Shown: piece by piece, positions 44,136-52,570 of the stretch
How the letters are laid out: every line of letters begins with the position of its first letter
Numbering within the stretch: the stretch's first letter is position 1
Source of the DNA: Candidatus Omnitrophota bacterium
Lineage (GTDB): Bacteria; Omnitrophota; Omnitrophia; Omnitrophales; Aquincolibacteriaceae
Direction of reading: 5' to 3'
DNA: 64,000 bases
Assembly: GCA_030698625.1 (NCBI GenBank)
Contig: JAUYMS010000048.1
Span: 90,404-154,403, forward strand
The notes under the pieces: model-generated
Database searches by the model: none
What the model was told of the DNA's origin: nothing
Seen by the model: the letters and a program-made list of their open reading frames with translations, nothing else
Translations under genes and position numbers: made by a program

Positions 44136-44477
44136 ATGAAACTCATCATTGCGTATATTCAACCTGAGCGCCTAAGTGCAGTAAAAAAAGCGCTCTATGA
44201 ATCAGAAGTCTATAAGATGTCCGTGACGAATGCCCTGGGTTGTGGACAGCAGAAAGGCTACCATGAGACTTATCGTGGAGCCGATATCGAAGTGAATCTG
44301 CTGAAGAAAGTCCGGCTTGAGATCGCCGTCAACGACGATCATGTTGAGCCGACTATTTCCTCCATTGTCAAGGGTGCCCGCACGGGTAAAATCGGGGACG
44401 GAAAGATTTTCGTTCTTGATTTGCCGGAATGCGTACGGATTCGTACTGGCGAAAAGGGATCCGAAGCAATCGGTTAA
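44136..44477 (+). CDS. glnK: Nitrogen regulatory protein P-II (GlnK type, paired with amt)
   Basis: 113-aa PII fold with a T-loop containing YRGAD. Located immediately downstream of amt. Confidence 0.9.
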   Translation: MKLIIAYIQPERLSAVKKALYESEVYKMSVTNALGCGQQKGYHETYRGADIEVNLLKKVRLEIAVNDDHVEPTISSIVKGARTGKIGDGKIFVLDLPECVRIRTGEKGSEAIG

Positions 44478-44492
44478 AGAGGTCCTCATCAT

Positions 44493-44532
44493 AGAGCCTG
44501 CATGGTGCCTTTACTCGGCACCTGCAGGCTCT
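44493..44532 (+). terminator. Strong stem-loop (16 bp with one bulge, 7-nt loop) right after glnK, with no U-tract
   Basis: AGAGCCTGCATGGTGCC-TTTACTC-GGCACCTGCAGGCTCT, begins 15 nt after the glnK stop. Confidence 0.4.
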
Positions 44533-44600
44533 ATCCCTTTCCGGCCCGCCTTCCGATAGTTCTTTCTTTCCTTACTATGAGTAGCTATTATTTCTTATCT

Positions 44601-45332
44601 ATGAAAATAGCTGTGTTTGATTGTGCCATGGGAATCGCCGGGGATATGGCAATCGGCGCGTTGGTCGATGCGGGCATGCCGTTCCGTCTGCTGGGTTCCG
44701 AATTACGCAAACTACGCTTGAGAGGCTACAGACTAGGGGTGCGCACAGTCCATGCCGGGGCCTTTCGCGCCAAGAAATTTTCTGTCAATCTCCAGCATCA
44801 GAAATCACACGCCCACGTTTGTTTGCGCGATATTGTAACCTTAATTCAAACCTCAGCGCTCCATCCGCGGATAAAGCGCTCCGCAGTTGCCATTTTTCGC
44901 AGTCTTGCCCGGGCGGAGGCGCGCGTTCACGGTGTGAGTTTGCAGAAGATTCACTTCCATGAAGTTGGCGCTGTGGATTCCATCTTGGATATTGTTGGTG
45001 TAGCAGTCTGCTTTCATCATTTGGAAATTCAGCGCGCGTATGTGCGGCGCATCGTAGTCGGACAGGGTGTCCATGCGGGATGCGCGCACGGTGAGATGCC
45101 TATTCCTGTGCCAGGTACCTACGAACTTCTGAAAGGTTTTTGGATCGACCAGGGCCCATACGAACAAGAGATGGTTACGCCGACGGGGGCGGCCATCCTC
45201 GCGACGCTATGCTGCAAGGATACCGAAAAGATCCCGAGAATCAAATTTGATGCGATTGGCTACGGCGCAGGGGACCGGAAATTTAAGGGTAAGCGCGGAT
45301 TCTTGCGAGTCGGGATTGGAGCGGGCCGTTAG
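44601..45332 (+). CDS. larC: LarC N-terminal domain (LarC1-like) only; C-terminal CTP-binding LarC2 domain absent
   Basis: MKIAVFDCAMGIAGDM, VHGVSLQKIHFHEVGAVDSILDIVG, TPTGAA and IGYGAGDRKF...LRV align with LarC residues 1 to about 255. The stop comes right after LRVGIGAGR, and a convergent gene follows immediately. No SD is visible. An alternative in-frame ATG lies at 44577. Confidence 0.7.
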   Translation: MKIAVFDCAMGIAGDMAIGALVDAGMPFRLLGSELRKLRLRGYRLGVRTVHAGAFRAKKFSVNLQHQKSHAHVCLRDIVTLIQTSALHPRIKRSAVAIFRSLARAEARVHGVSLQKIHFHEVGAVDSILDIVGVAVCFHHLEIQRAYVRRIVVGQGVHAGCAHGEMPIPVPGTYELLKGFWIDQGPYEQEMVTPTGAAILATLCCKDTEKIPRIKFDAIGYGAGDRKFKGKRGFLRVGIGAGR

Positions 45333-46012
45333 TGGTGATGTCCCTGAGTATGTTCGTCCTCATGCTCATGACCGTGGGCTCCGCTGACAAATGAAAGCGG
45401 CATAATGATATCGCTTGAGCAGCAGGGGATGACAACCGCGACGGTCGAGATGACGAAAAGCCCCAAGATAAAGCGGTACCAGTCATCAACCCCGTAACTC
45501 ACAAGGTAGAAAAGAGACGCGAATCCCGAAATGCAAACATGCGCCCCATGAGAGAAATAAGAGATACGTTTCAGTTTAGAGACAACTACCAGTCCCGTCA
45601 GGATCCCCAGGCTGTTAAAAAGAAGAACCGGGATAGGTTCTTCGAACAGACATAGGTGCATCGTCATCGGGACTCCCAGGACCCAACCCCCTATGTAAGG
45701 TATGAGGAAATCGCTCAAGCCGCAGAACAAAAGGGTTGCCCAGAGACCTACCCAGCATGCTTTTACAAGGTTGTTTTCGTGGCGGTAGAAAATCGCAGTT
45801 GTTGACATGGCGCTTAGGTAAACATGGCCGAAGTGAAAAAGGTGAAATAAACTCTGAAGTGTCGTATTAGGGTCCAAACCCGCCCGATCGACAAACGCAT
45901 AGCGAATAATGCTAAGCAAACCGATGCCGGCGAGGGTTCCTAGCGCCGTGTATGGCAGATGGGCCTTGAGCTCTCTGATGATTAGGGCTAATTTTGAGGG
46001 ACTCTCTCTCAT
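45329..46012 (-). CDS. Polytopic membrane protein with a His-rich C-terminal tail (GAHGHEHEDEHTQGHHH) and intramembrane His motifs; putative Ni/Co permease
   Basis: The only credible minus-strand ORF in the window, with about 6 hydrophobic segments and HLFHFGH and SHGAH motifs. The start was placed at the internal Met (MRESPSK) because the longer ORF would run into the hisG promoter. Confidence 0.5.
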   Translation of the reverse strand: MRESPSKLALIIRELKAHLPYTALGTLAGIGLLSIIRYAFVDRAGLDPNTTLQSLFHLFHFGHVYLSAMSTTAIFYRHENNLVKACWVGLWATLLFCGLSDFLIPYIGGWVLGVPMTMHLCLFEEPIPVLLFNSLGILTGLVVVSKLKRISYFSHGAHVCISGFASLFYLVSYGVDDWYRFILGLFVISTVAVVIPCCSSDIIMPLSFVSGAHGHEHEDEHTQGHHH

Positions 46013-46040
46013 GGGCGGAAGTATAAATATAAGCCTGTAG

Positions 46041-46069
46041 TTGACACCGCACAAGCAAAAAGATAAAAT
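46041..46069 (+). promoter_or_regulatory. Sigma-70-like promoter for hisG: TTGACA-N17-TAAAAT
   Basis: Consensus -35 and 5/6 -10 with 17-bp spacing, about 10 nt upstream of hisG ATG 46080. It shares a 67-bp divergent intergenic region with the minus-strand membrane-protein gene. Confidence 0.4.
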
Positions 46070-46079
46070 CCGCTTTCCT

Positions 46080-46952
46080 ATGAAAAAGTTGAAAATGGCA
46101 CTCCCTAAAGGCAGTTTGGAGGAGGCGACTTACAAACTTCTGAAGAAGGCCGGTTTTTCTATCACAGCACCTTCCCGCTCCTTTTTCCCAATAGTGGATG
46201 ATCCCGAACTGGAGGTTATTCTTTTTCGCCCTCAAGAAATGTCCCGTTATATCGAGAATAAAATCGTCGACTGTGGTATCACCGGATACGATTGGATATG
46301 CGAAAATCAGTCCGACGTTGAGGAGCTCTGTGAATTGCAGTACTCGAAGCAGACGCGCCGTCCGGTGCGCTGGGTGCTGGCTGTTCACAAGGATTCGTCG
46401 ATTAAGACGGTCAAGGATCTTCAGGGTAAGAAGATCGCTACCGAGTTGGTGGGCGTGACCAAGCGCTATCTGGAAAAGCATAAGATTCGTGCCGATGTCG
46501 AGTTTTCCTGGGGGGCGACCGAGGTCAAACCTCCGCGTCTTGCCGATGCCATTGTGGAGGCAACAGAGACCGGGTCAAGTCTTCGTGCGAATAATTTGCG
46601 TATCGTGAAAACTATCCTGACTTCTACGCCGCGTTTTGTGGCAAATAAGACCAGCTTGCGCAATGATTGGAAGCGCAAAAAAATGGACAATCTCATTCTC
46701 TTACTTCAGGGGGCCATGGAAGCCGACGTTAAGGTCGGCGTCAAAATGAACGTCGACAAGAAGCACCTTGCTAAGGTTCTGAAGATTTTACCTGCTCTCA
46801 AGCAACCCACAGTCTCCACGCTTTCGACTAAGGGCTGGTATGGTGTCGAAACAATTATTGACGAAGCTATCGTACGTGAGATTATTCCGGCGCTGAAGAA
46901 GGCCGGGGCGTCAGGCATCATTGAATACCCGCTCAATAAAGTTATCGCGTAA
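46080..46952 (+). CDS. hisG: ATP phosphoribosyltransferase, long form with C-terminal regulatory domain
   Basis: KMALPKGSLEE start region, catalytic core, and a C-terminal ACT-like domain. The start is either ATG 46080 or ATG 46095. No other his genes are adjacent. Confidence 0.85.
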   Translation: MKKLKMALPKGSLEEATYKLLKKAGFSITAPSRSFFPIVDDPELEVILFRPQEMSRYIENKIVDCGITGYDWICENQSDVEELCELQYSKQTRRPVRWVLAVHKDSSIKTVKDLQGKKIATELVGVTKRYLEKHKIRADVEFSWGATEVKPPRLADAIVEATETGSSLRANNLRIVKTILTSTPRFVANKTSLRNDWKRKKMDNLILLLQGAMEADVKVGVKMNVDKKHLAKVLKILPALKQPTVSTLSTKGWYGVETIIDEAIVREIIPALKKAGASGIIEYPLNKVIA

Positions 46953-46973
46953 CTGTAAAGGAAGGATCTCTTA

Positions 46974-47072
46974 ATGCCTTGGGCTCATAAGCAACGTCGT
47001 AAGAAGATGAATAAGCATAAGCGCAAGAAAAAGCTCAGGAAGCACCGGCATAAGAAAAAAACTTGGTCATAG
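46974..47072 (+). CDS. 32-aa highly basic micro-protein resembling ribosomal protein bS22
   Basis: MPWAHKQRRKKMNKHKRKKKLRKHRHKKKTWS, preceded by GGAAGGA 8 nt upstream. Its pattern KxRRKxMxKxKHRKxL matches actinobacterial and Bacteroidetes bS22. It is under 60 aa and so absent from the ORF track. Confidence 0.5.
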   Translation: MPWAHKQRRKKMNKHKRKKKLRKHRHKKKTWS

Positions 47073-47097
47073 GCCAACTACCGCGATTTCTCCCGCC

Positions 47098-47976
47098 GTG
47101 CGTTCGCTGACCATACATAGCCCTGCCAAGCTTAATCTTTGCCTCTACGTTTTGGGCAAACGGCCCAACGGCTATCATAACTTGGCAACTCTCTTCCACC
47201 GCATTTCCCTCAAGGACACCTTGCGTATGCGAAAGAAGAGGGATGGAGTCTCCATCTCGTCTTCGGTTCGGGCCCTTCCAACGGGCCCAGATAACCTCAT
47301 CGCTCGAGCCTATCAGTTGCTCAAGGTGCGATTTCCCCATCTCGGCGGAGTCCACGTTGGTCTCACCAAGCGCATTCCCATCGGCGGGGGATTAGGAGGA
47401 GGGTCAAGCAATGCCGCCTATTTTCTCCTGGGCATGAACCGCCTTTATCGCCTGGGGCTGACGCAGCGGCAGTTGGTGAACGCCGGACGGTCACTCGGGG
47501 CCGATGTCCCGTTTTTTATCCACAATATCCCCCAGGCCATTGGACGCGGTATTGGGGACCAAATTCAAGCTGTACGGGCCCGCAGGCGCCTGTGGTTTCT
47601 GTTAGTTACTTCAAATAAAGAACTTAGCACAAAAAAGGTGTATCAAAACCTGCGTTCAAAGCCCCTCCGAGGCGCTTTCTTGACAAAAGTAAGTCGTGCG
47701 GTTACAATGCTTTGCGATAATTTGAATCGAGGGAGTCTGGACCGAATTCAAGAGCTGACTCATAATGATTTAGAGGGGTCAGCTTTTCGTTTGTGTCCCT
47801 CCATTAAAAACGTCATCGCAAAACTGTCGGAATTAGGAATTCGAACCGCAAGAATGTCGGGGAGTGGCCCCACCGTATTTGCTATTCTCTCAAAGCGCGA
47901 AGAAGCTAAACGTCTTCATAAGATTATTAAGCCGGTCTTGACTGATAAGCGGTTGTTAGTCTGTCATTCGGTCTAA
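47098..47976 (+). CDS. ispE: 4-diphosphocytidyl-2-C-methyl-D-erythritol kinase
   Basis: GHMP kinase motif PIGGGLGGGSSNAA, N-terminal AKLNL, and a GTG start. Confidence 0.85.
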   Translation: MRSLTIHSPAKLNLCLYVLGKRPNGYHNLATLFHRISLKDTLRMRKKRDGVSISSSVRALPTGPDNLIARAYQLLKVRFPHLGGVHVGLTKRIPIGGGLGGGSSNAAYFLLGMNRLYRLGLTQRQLVNAGRSLGADVPFFIHNIPQAIGRGIGDQIQAVRARRRLWFLLVTSNKELSTKKVYQNLRSKPLRGAFLTKVSRAVTMLCDNLNRGSLDRIQELTHNDLEGSAFRLCPSIKNVIAKLSELGIRTARMSGSGPTVFAILSKREEAKRLHKIIKPVLTDKRLLVCHSV

Positions 47977-47990
47977 GAAGTTAGCGATTC

Positions 47991-48018
47991 TTGAAGCCCA
48001 TCAGGCCCAACCTAAAAC
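47991..48018 (+). promoter_or_regulatory. Candidate promoter for tRNA-Gln: TTGAAG-N16-TAAAAC
   Basis: Reasonable hexamers about 27 nt upstream of the tRNA 5' end. Confidence 0.25.
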
Positions 48019-48044
48019 AGTAGTAGCGGGTGACAGACCAACAT

Positions 48045-48115
48045 TGCCCGGTGGTGAAATGGCATCACACTGCCCTTTGGAGGCATGATTCGAGGTTCGA
48101 ATCCTCGCCGGGCAG
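48045..48115 (+). tRNA. trnQ: tRNA-Gln (anticodon UUG), CCA not encoded
   Basis: Hand-folded. U1-A72 first pair and G73 discriminator, which are the classic Gln identity elements. D-stem GTGA/TCAC, anticodon loop CTTTGGA, T-arm CGAGG-TTCGAAT-CCTCG. There is one C-U mismatch at the top of the anticodon stem. Confidence 0.75.
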
Positions 48116-48138
48116 AAACTTAAAATTTGGAGATTTTA

Positions 48139-49392
48139 ATGAGTACCGTAACCGAAAGATGTTCATTCTGCGGCAGAGACAAGCGTAAAGAGGTTCGCAA
48201 GATCTTCGCCGGACCGGGCGTTTACATCTGTGACATTTGCATCAAGATCTGTAGTGATATCCTGGACAAAGATCACTCCAGGGTTTTGAAACAGCAATCT
48301 GTATCTGAAGAGTTGATTGCACCTAAGCCCCGTGATCTCAAGCAAAAACTCGATCAATACATTATCGGACAGGATCGAGCCAAGAGGCAGTTGTCGGTCA
48401 GCGTCCATAATCACTATAAGCGCATTAAGAGCCGAGGATCGAGCGGTGATGTGGAACTTGAGAAGAGTAATGTTTTGTTGATTGGTCCGACGGGTTCGGG
48501 AAAGACCCTTTTCGCGAGGACGCTTGCTAAGCTCCTTGATGTTCCACTCGCGATTGCCGATGCTACCTCGCTGACGGAAGCCGGTTATGTCGGAGAGGAC
48601 GTTGAAAACGTTCTCTTGCGGTTGCTTCAAGCGGCTAACTTCGATGTGAAACGGGCCGAGATTGGAATCATTTATATCGACGAAATTGATAAGATTGGTC
48701 GCACTTCTGACAACGTTTCGATCACACGCGACGTTTCAGGGGAGGGCGTGCAGCAGGCCCTCCTTAAGATTCTGGAGGGGACGACTGCGAACGTACCGCC
48801 ACAGGGAGGCCGCAAGCATCCACAGCAGGAGTACATTCAGATTAACACGAAAAACATTCTCTTCATCTGCGGCGGTACCTTTGCTCATTTGGACCAGATT
48901 ATTGAGAAGAGAATTTCTAATAAAGCGATGGGTTTTGGGGCTTCAAGTCTCGCCGCCGAAGACAGAAATGTGGGAGAAATCCTGGAGCATGTGGAGACCG
49001 AAGACCTTTTGAAGTTCGGGTTTATCCCGGAATTTATCGGTCGCTACTCAGTGATATCGACGCTGCACGGTTTGAATGCGGCGGATTTGGTAAGTGTTCT
49101 AACCGAACCTCAAAACGCTTTAGTGAAACAGTACGAGAAGTTTTTTCAAATGGAGGGTGTGAGTCTGAAATTCACACCGCAGGCGCTCGAGGCTGTCGCG
49201 GCGCGCGCCATCCGCAAAGGGACCGGTGCTCGTGCTCTCAGGTCGATTTTGGAGACACTTATGTTGGATGTCATGTATGACGTGCCTTCAGAGACTAATG
49301 TCACCGAATGCGTGATAACGAAAGAGGTCGTTGAAGGCAAGCAGCCGCCGATTCTGGTGCGCGGTCAGCAGGAGTGGGTTAAGTCGGCATGA
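48139..49392 (+). CDS. clpX: ATP-dependent Clp protease ATP-binding subunit ClpX
   Basis: N-terminal C4 zinc finger (CSFCG...CDIC), Walker A GPTGSGKT, and IGF/LGF-type loop region. GGAG lies 6 nt upstream of ATG 48139. Confidence 0.95.
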   Translation: MSTVTERCSFCGRDKRKEVRKIFAGPGVYICDICIKICSDILDKDHSRVLKQQSVSEELIAPKPRDLKQKLDQYIIGQDRAKRQLSVSVHNHYKRIKSRGSSGDVELEKSNVLLIGPTGSGKTLFARTLAKLLDVPLAIADATSLTEAGYVGEDVENVLLRLLQAANFDVKRAEIGIIYIDEIDKIGRTSDNVSITRDVSGEGVQQALLKILEGTTANVPPQGGRKHPQQEYIQINTKNILFICGGTFAHLDQIIEKRISNKAMGFGASSLAAEDRNVGEILEHVETEDLLKFGFIPEFIGRYSVISTLHGLNAADLVSVLTEPQNALVKQYEKFFQMEGVSLKFTPQALEAVAARAIRKGTGARALRSILETLMLDVMYDVPSETNVTECVITKEVVEGKQPPILVRGQQEWVKSA

Positions 49393-50300
49393 AAACCGAG
49401 AAGGCGATGAGTAGCTCAACGAAGGAGACAATCGCAGCATATGGCTTTCTGATGCCGAACCTCGTAGGTTTTTTGATTTTCACCTCTATTCCTGTCATTG
49501 CCTCTTTGGGGCTCAGTTTTGTGAAGTGGGATCTGTTGTCGCCGGCCAAATTTGTGGGGTTCAAGAATTTCGTCGATTTGTTCAAGGACCCGTTCTTCTG
49601 GAAGTATTGCTGGAATACTATATACCTCATGTTGGCGATCCCGTTGAGCATGGGTGGTTCTCTGATTCTCGCGCTTGCTCTCAATCAGAAGCTGAAGGGA
49701 ATCGTGCTTTTTAGGGCAGTGTTTTTTCTGCCGACTCTCTGCTCCGGCGTCGCGATTTACATGTTGTGGCGCTTGATTTACAACCCGGAATTCGGTGTTC
49801 TCAATAGCATTATCGCTAGTTTCGGACAGCTTATAGGAATCACCTTGAATGGGCCGTACTGGCTCACCGATGAGACTTGGTCCAAGCCTGCGCTTGTTAT
49901 CATGAGCGTGTGGCAGACTGTCGGCGGCTACAATATGATTCTTTATTTGGCGGCGCTGCAAGGTGTGCCCCGGGATCTCTACGATGCGGCTGAGGTTGAC
50001 GGCGCAAATTCCTGGCAGAAGTTTTGGGCTGTGACATGGCCGCAGATTTCGCCCACTACTTTCTTTATCGCGATCATGAGTGTCATCGGAGGCTTTCAGG
50101 CCGGTTTTGACCCCGCATACATCATGACCGGCGGTGGTCCTAATGGGTCGACTACAACGCTCATTTACTACTTGTACAACAATGCTTTTCAGTGGCATCA
50201 CATGGGCTATGCTGCGGCTATAGCCTGGGTTCTTTTTCTGGTGGTGCTCTTTTTCACGATCGTGCAATGGCGTTTTTTCGGTAAAACGGTTCATTATTAA
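49389..50300 (+). CDS. Carbohydrate-type ABC transporter permease (MalF/UgpA family)
   Basis: 6 TM, binding-protein-dependent inner-membrane component fold. Start overlaps the clpX stop as ATGA. Confidence 0.85.
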   Translation: MKTEKAMSSSTKETIAAYGFLMPNLVGFLIFTSIPVIASLGLSFVKWDLLSPAKFVGFKNFVDLFKDPFFWKYCWNTIYLMLAIPLSMGGSLILALALNQKLKGIVLFRAVFFLPTLCSGVAIYMLWRLIYNPEFGVLNSIIASFGQLIGITLNGPYWLTDETWSKPALVIMSVWQTVGGYNMILYLAALQGVPRDLYDAAEVDGANSWQKFWAVTWPQISPTTFFIAIMSVIGGFQAGFDPAYIMTGGGPNGSTTTLIYYLYNNAFQWHHMGYAAAIAWVLFLVVLFFTIVQWRFFGKTVHY

Positions 50301-51253
50301 TGGGCAAACCAATGGCGAGTTCGGTTGCTTCCCGGTTACCACCCGACGGTTCTGAAAAAGCTGCCGCGCAGGATGTTTTTGGCGGCCCTACAGCGGCTAG
50401 GCTAAAAAGGCGTAAGAGGCGGCAAGTTTTTCTGCGGAAGTTCTTCGCCTACGTGCTTCTGATCGGCGGCGCTCTTACAATGGTCGGGCCTTTTCTCTGG
50501 ATGGTGTCCACTTCGCTGAAGGAGCCGGGCCAGGTATTTTCTTTTCAGAAGGAGTGGTGGAAAGAATGGCTGCCGACGTCCTTTGTTTGGAGAAATTATG
50601 TGCAGGCGTGGAAAGTCGTCCCGTTCGCGCGCTTTTACCTCAACTCTATATTTGTCGCGATTTGCGTTACCTTTGGCCAAGTGGCAACAAGCGCGATGGC
50701 CGCTTATGCATTTGCGCGGTTGCGTTTTCCGGGGCGGGATAAGTTATTTTTCGGCTATTTGGCTACTATGATGGTCCCGGGTGCTGTTACGATGATTCCG
50801 GTCTTTATTCTGCTTCGCTACCTCGGATGGATTGACACTTATTATGCTTTGATTTTACCGGCAATCTTTACGGCGTACGGGACTTTTATGCTACGGCAAT
50901 TTTTTCTTACGCTGCCGAGTGACTTGGAGGACGCGGCCAAAATCGACGGATGTAGTTACTTCGGTATTTTTTGGAGAATCATTTTGCCGTTGTCAAAGCC
51001 CGCATTGGCAACGTTGACGACTTTTACTTTCATGGGTACGTGGATGAACTTTATGTGGCCGTTGATCGTTCTCAATACGCATCACAAATTTACACTACCC
51101 GTCGGACTGGCGTATTTCCAGAGTCTTCACCATACAGATTGGACACTGCTCATGGCAGCATCGGTAATGATGATCCTTCCGATATTGGCAGTTTTTGTTT
51201 TTAATCAGCGGTTCTTTGTAGAAGGAATCAAGCTGACGGGCATTAAGGGTTAG
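50300..51253 (+). CDS. Carbohydrate-type ABC transporter permease (MalG/UgpE family)
   Basis: EAA loop motif LEDAAKIDGCS...ILP. Adjacent to the first permease. Confidence 0.85.
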   Translation: MGKPMASSVASRLPPDGSEKAAAQDVFGGPTAARLKRRKRRQVFLRKFFAYVLLIGGALTMVGPFLWMVSTSLKEPGQVFSFQKEWWKEWLPTSFVWRNYVQAWKVVPFARFYLNSIFVAICVTFGQVATSAMAAYAFARLRFPGRDKLFFGYLATMMVPGAVTMIPVFILLRYLGWIDTYYALILPAIFTAYGTFMLRQFFLTLPSDLEDAAKIDGCSYFGIFWRIILPLSKPALATLTTFTFMGTWMNFMWPLIVLNTHHKFTLPVGLAYFQSLHHTDWTLLMAASVMMILPILAVFVFNQRFFVEGIKLTGIKG

Positions 51254-51261
51254 GCCGCGGG

Positions 51262-52551
51262 ATGCAAGCGGTTATTTTAGCCGCTGGCAAGGGCACGAGG
51301 ATGCGCTCAACGCATCCCAAGGTGTTGCACTCAATCTTCGGGAGAGCGATTCTCGATTTCGTGTTGCGAAGCCTTTCAGAAATCCCTGTCGGTATGGCGC
51401 GCGTCGTCATAGGTAGCGGTGCCGAAGAGGTTCGGTCTTTCTTAGTGAAAAACAAGCGTTCCTGGCGCACGAGAGCAAAGCCTGTGTTGCAGCGCGTGCA
51501 GCGGGGAACGGGGCATGCGACCCTAGTAGCGCTTAGGTCTGGTGCGCAGAGTTCTGGTGACGTATTGGTGTGGCCCGGCGATATGCCGCTTTTGCGGCGG
51601 GAAACCATTCATCGTTTGGCTAAAGAACATCGTGCGGCCGGGGCCGTCGTTAGCGTTCTTTCGAGTTTGCAGGTTGATCCGGCAGGTTACGGGCGGATCC
51701 TACGGGCGGGCGGAGCTTTTTATGCAATCCGTGAAGATGTCGAGTGTTCGAACCTTGAACGCAGAATCCAAGAGGTCAATACAGGCGTTTATCTTTTTAA
51801 GACGAGGGAGTTGGTAAAGGCTCTGAGCAAGATTCGCCCGGACAACAAGAAGGGCGAATTGTACCTTACCGATGTCATTGAGGTTTTTTATCGCGAAGGA
51901 AAACGCGTGCAGGCTTGTCCTTTCGCGTCAGCCGAAGAGGGGTTGGGAATTAATTCACAGGCGGATCTAGCCGTAGCGACACAAAAAGTGAACAACCGCG
52001 AAATCGCAAATCATCTGAGCCGTGGTGTGACATTTGTTTCTCCGGACCAGACTTTTGTTGCTCCGGGAGTGAAAATCGGGCAAGGTACGACGATTTTTCC
52101 TTGGACTTATATTGAAGGAAACGTGCGCATCGGTAAGAATTGTCAGATAGGACCGTTTACCAAGATTCGGTCCGGAACGGTGATTGGCAATCGTGTTAAC
52201 CTCGGGAGTTTTGTCGAAGTGAATCGATCGAAGATCGATGATCACGTTCAGGCGAGGCATCTAAGCTATATTGGCGATGCCTCGATTGGCGCAAAGACCA
52301 ATATCGGGGCGGGTACGATAACGGCAAATTTTGACGGTAAGCGAAAACATCGCACCAAGATTGGAAAAAACGTTCTGGTGGGTTCCGATACCGTGTTTAT
52401 CGCGCCGGTGACTGTTGGGGATTATGTCCGCACGGGGGCGGGCGCAGTGGTCAAGAGTAAGACGAGGATTCGTGATCACGCTGTTCTTGTCGGGATTCCG
52501 GCAAGGCCGATAAAACAGAATCGTAAGAGAAGTAGAAAGCGAAAAGCGTAA
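51262..52551 (+). CDS. glmU: Bifunctional GlcNAc-1-P uridyltransferase/GlcN-1-P acetyltransferase
   Basis: N-terminal NTP-transferase motif LAAGKGTRM and C-terminal left-handed beta-helix hexapeptide repeats. Confidence 0.9.
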   Translation: MQAVILAAGKGTRMRSTHPKVLHSIFGRAILDFVLRSLSEIPVGMARVVIGSGAEEVRSFLVKNKRSWRTRAKPVLQRVQRGTGHATLVALRSGAQSSGDVLVWPGDMPLLRRETIHRLAKEHRAAGAVVSVLSSLQVDPAGYGRILRAGGAFYAIREDVECSNLERRIQEVNTGVYLFKTRELVKALSKIRPDNKKGELYLTDVIEVFYREGKRVQACPFASAEEGLGINSQADLAVATQKVNNREIANHLSRGVTFVSPDQTFVAPGVKIGQGTTIFPWTYIEGNVRIGKNCQIGPFTKIRSGTVIGNRVNLGSFVEVNRSKIDDHVQARHLSYIGDASIGAKTNIGAGTITANFDGKRKHRTKIGKNVLVGSDTVFIAPVTVGDYVRTGAGAVVKSKTRIRDHAVLVGIPARPIKQNRKRSRKRKA

Positions 52552-52570
52552 AATCGCAGGAGTCGACGAT

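Noticed and set aside
49416-50342. 308-aa minus-strand ORF covering the first ABC permease
   Set aside because: Antisense artefact. The plus-strand product has clear MalF/UgpA-family membrane topology.
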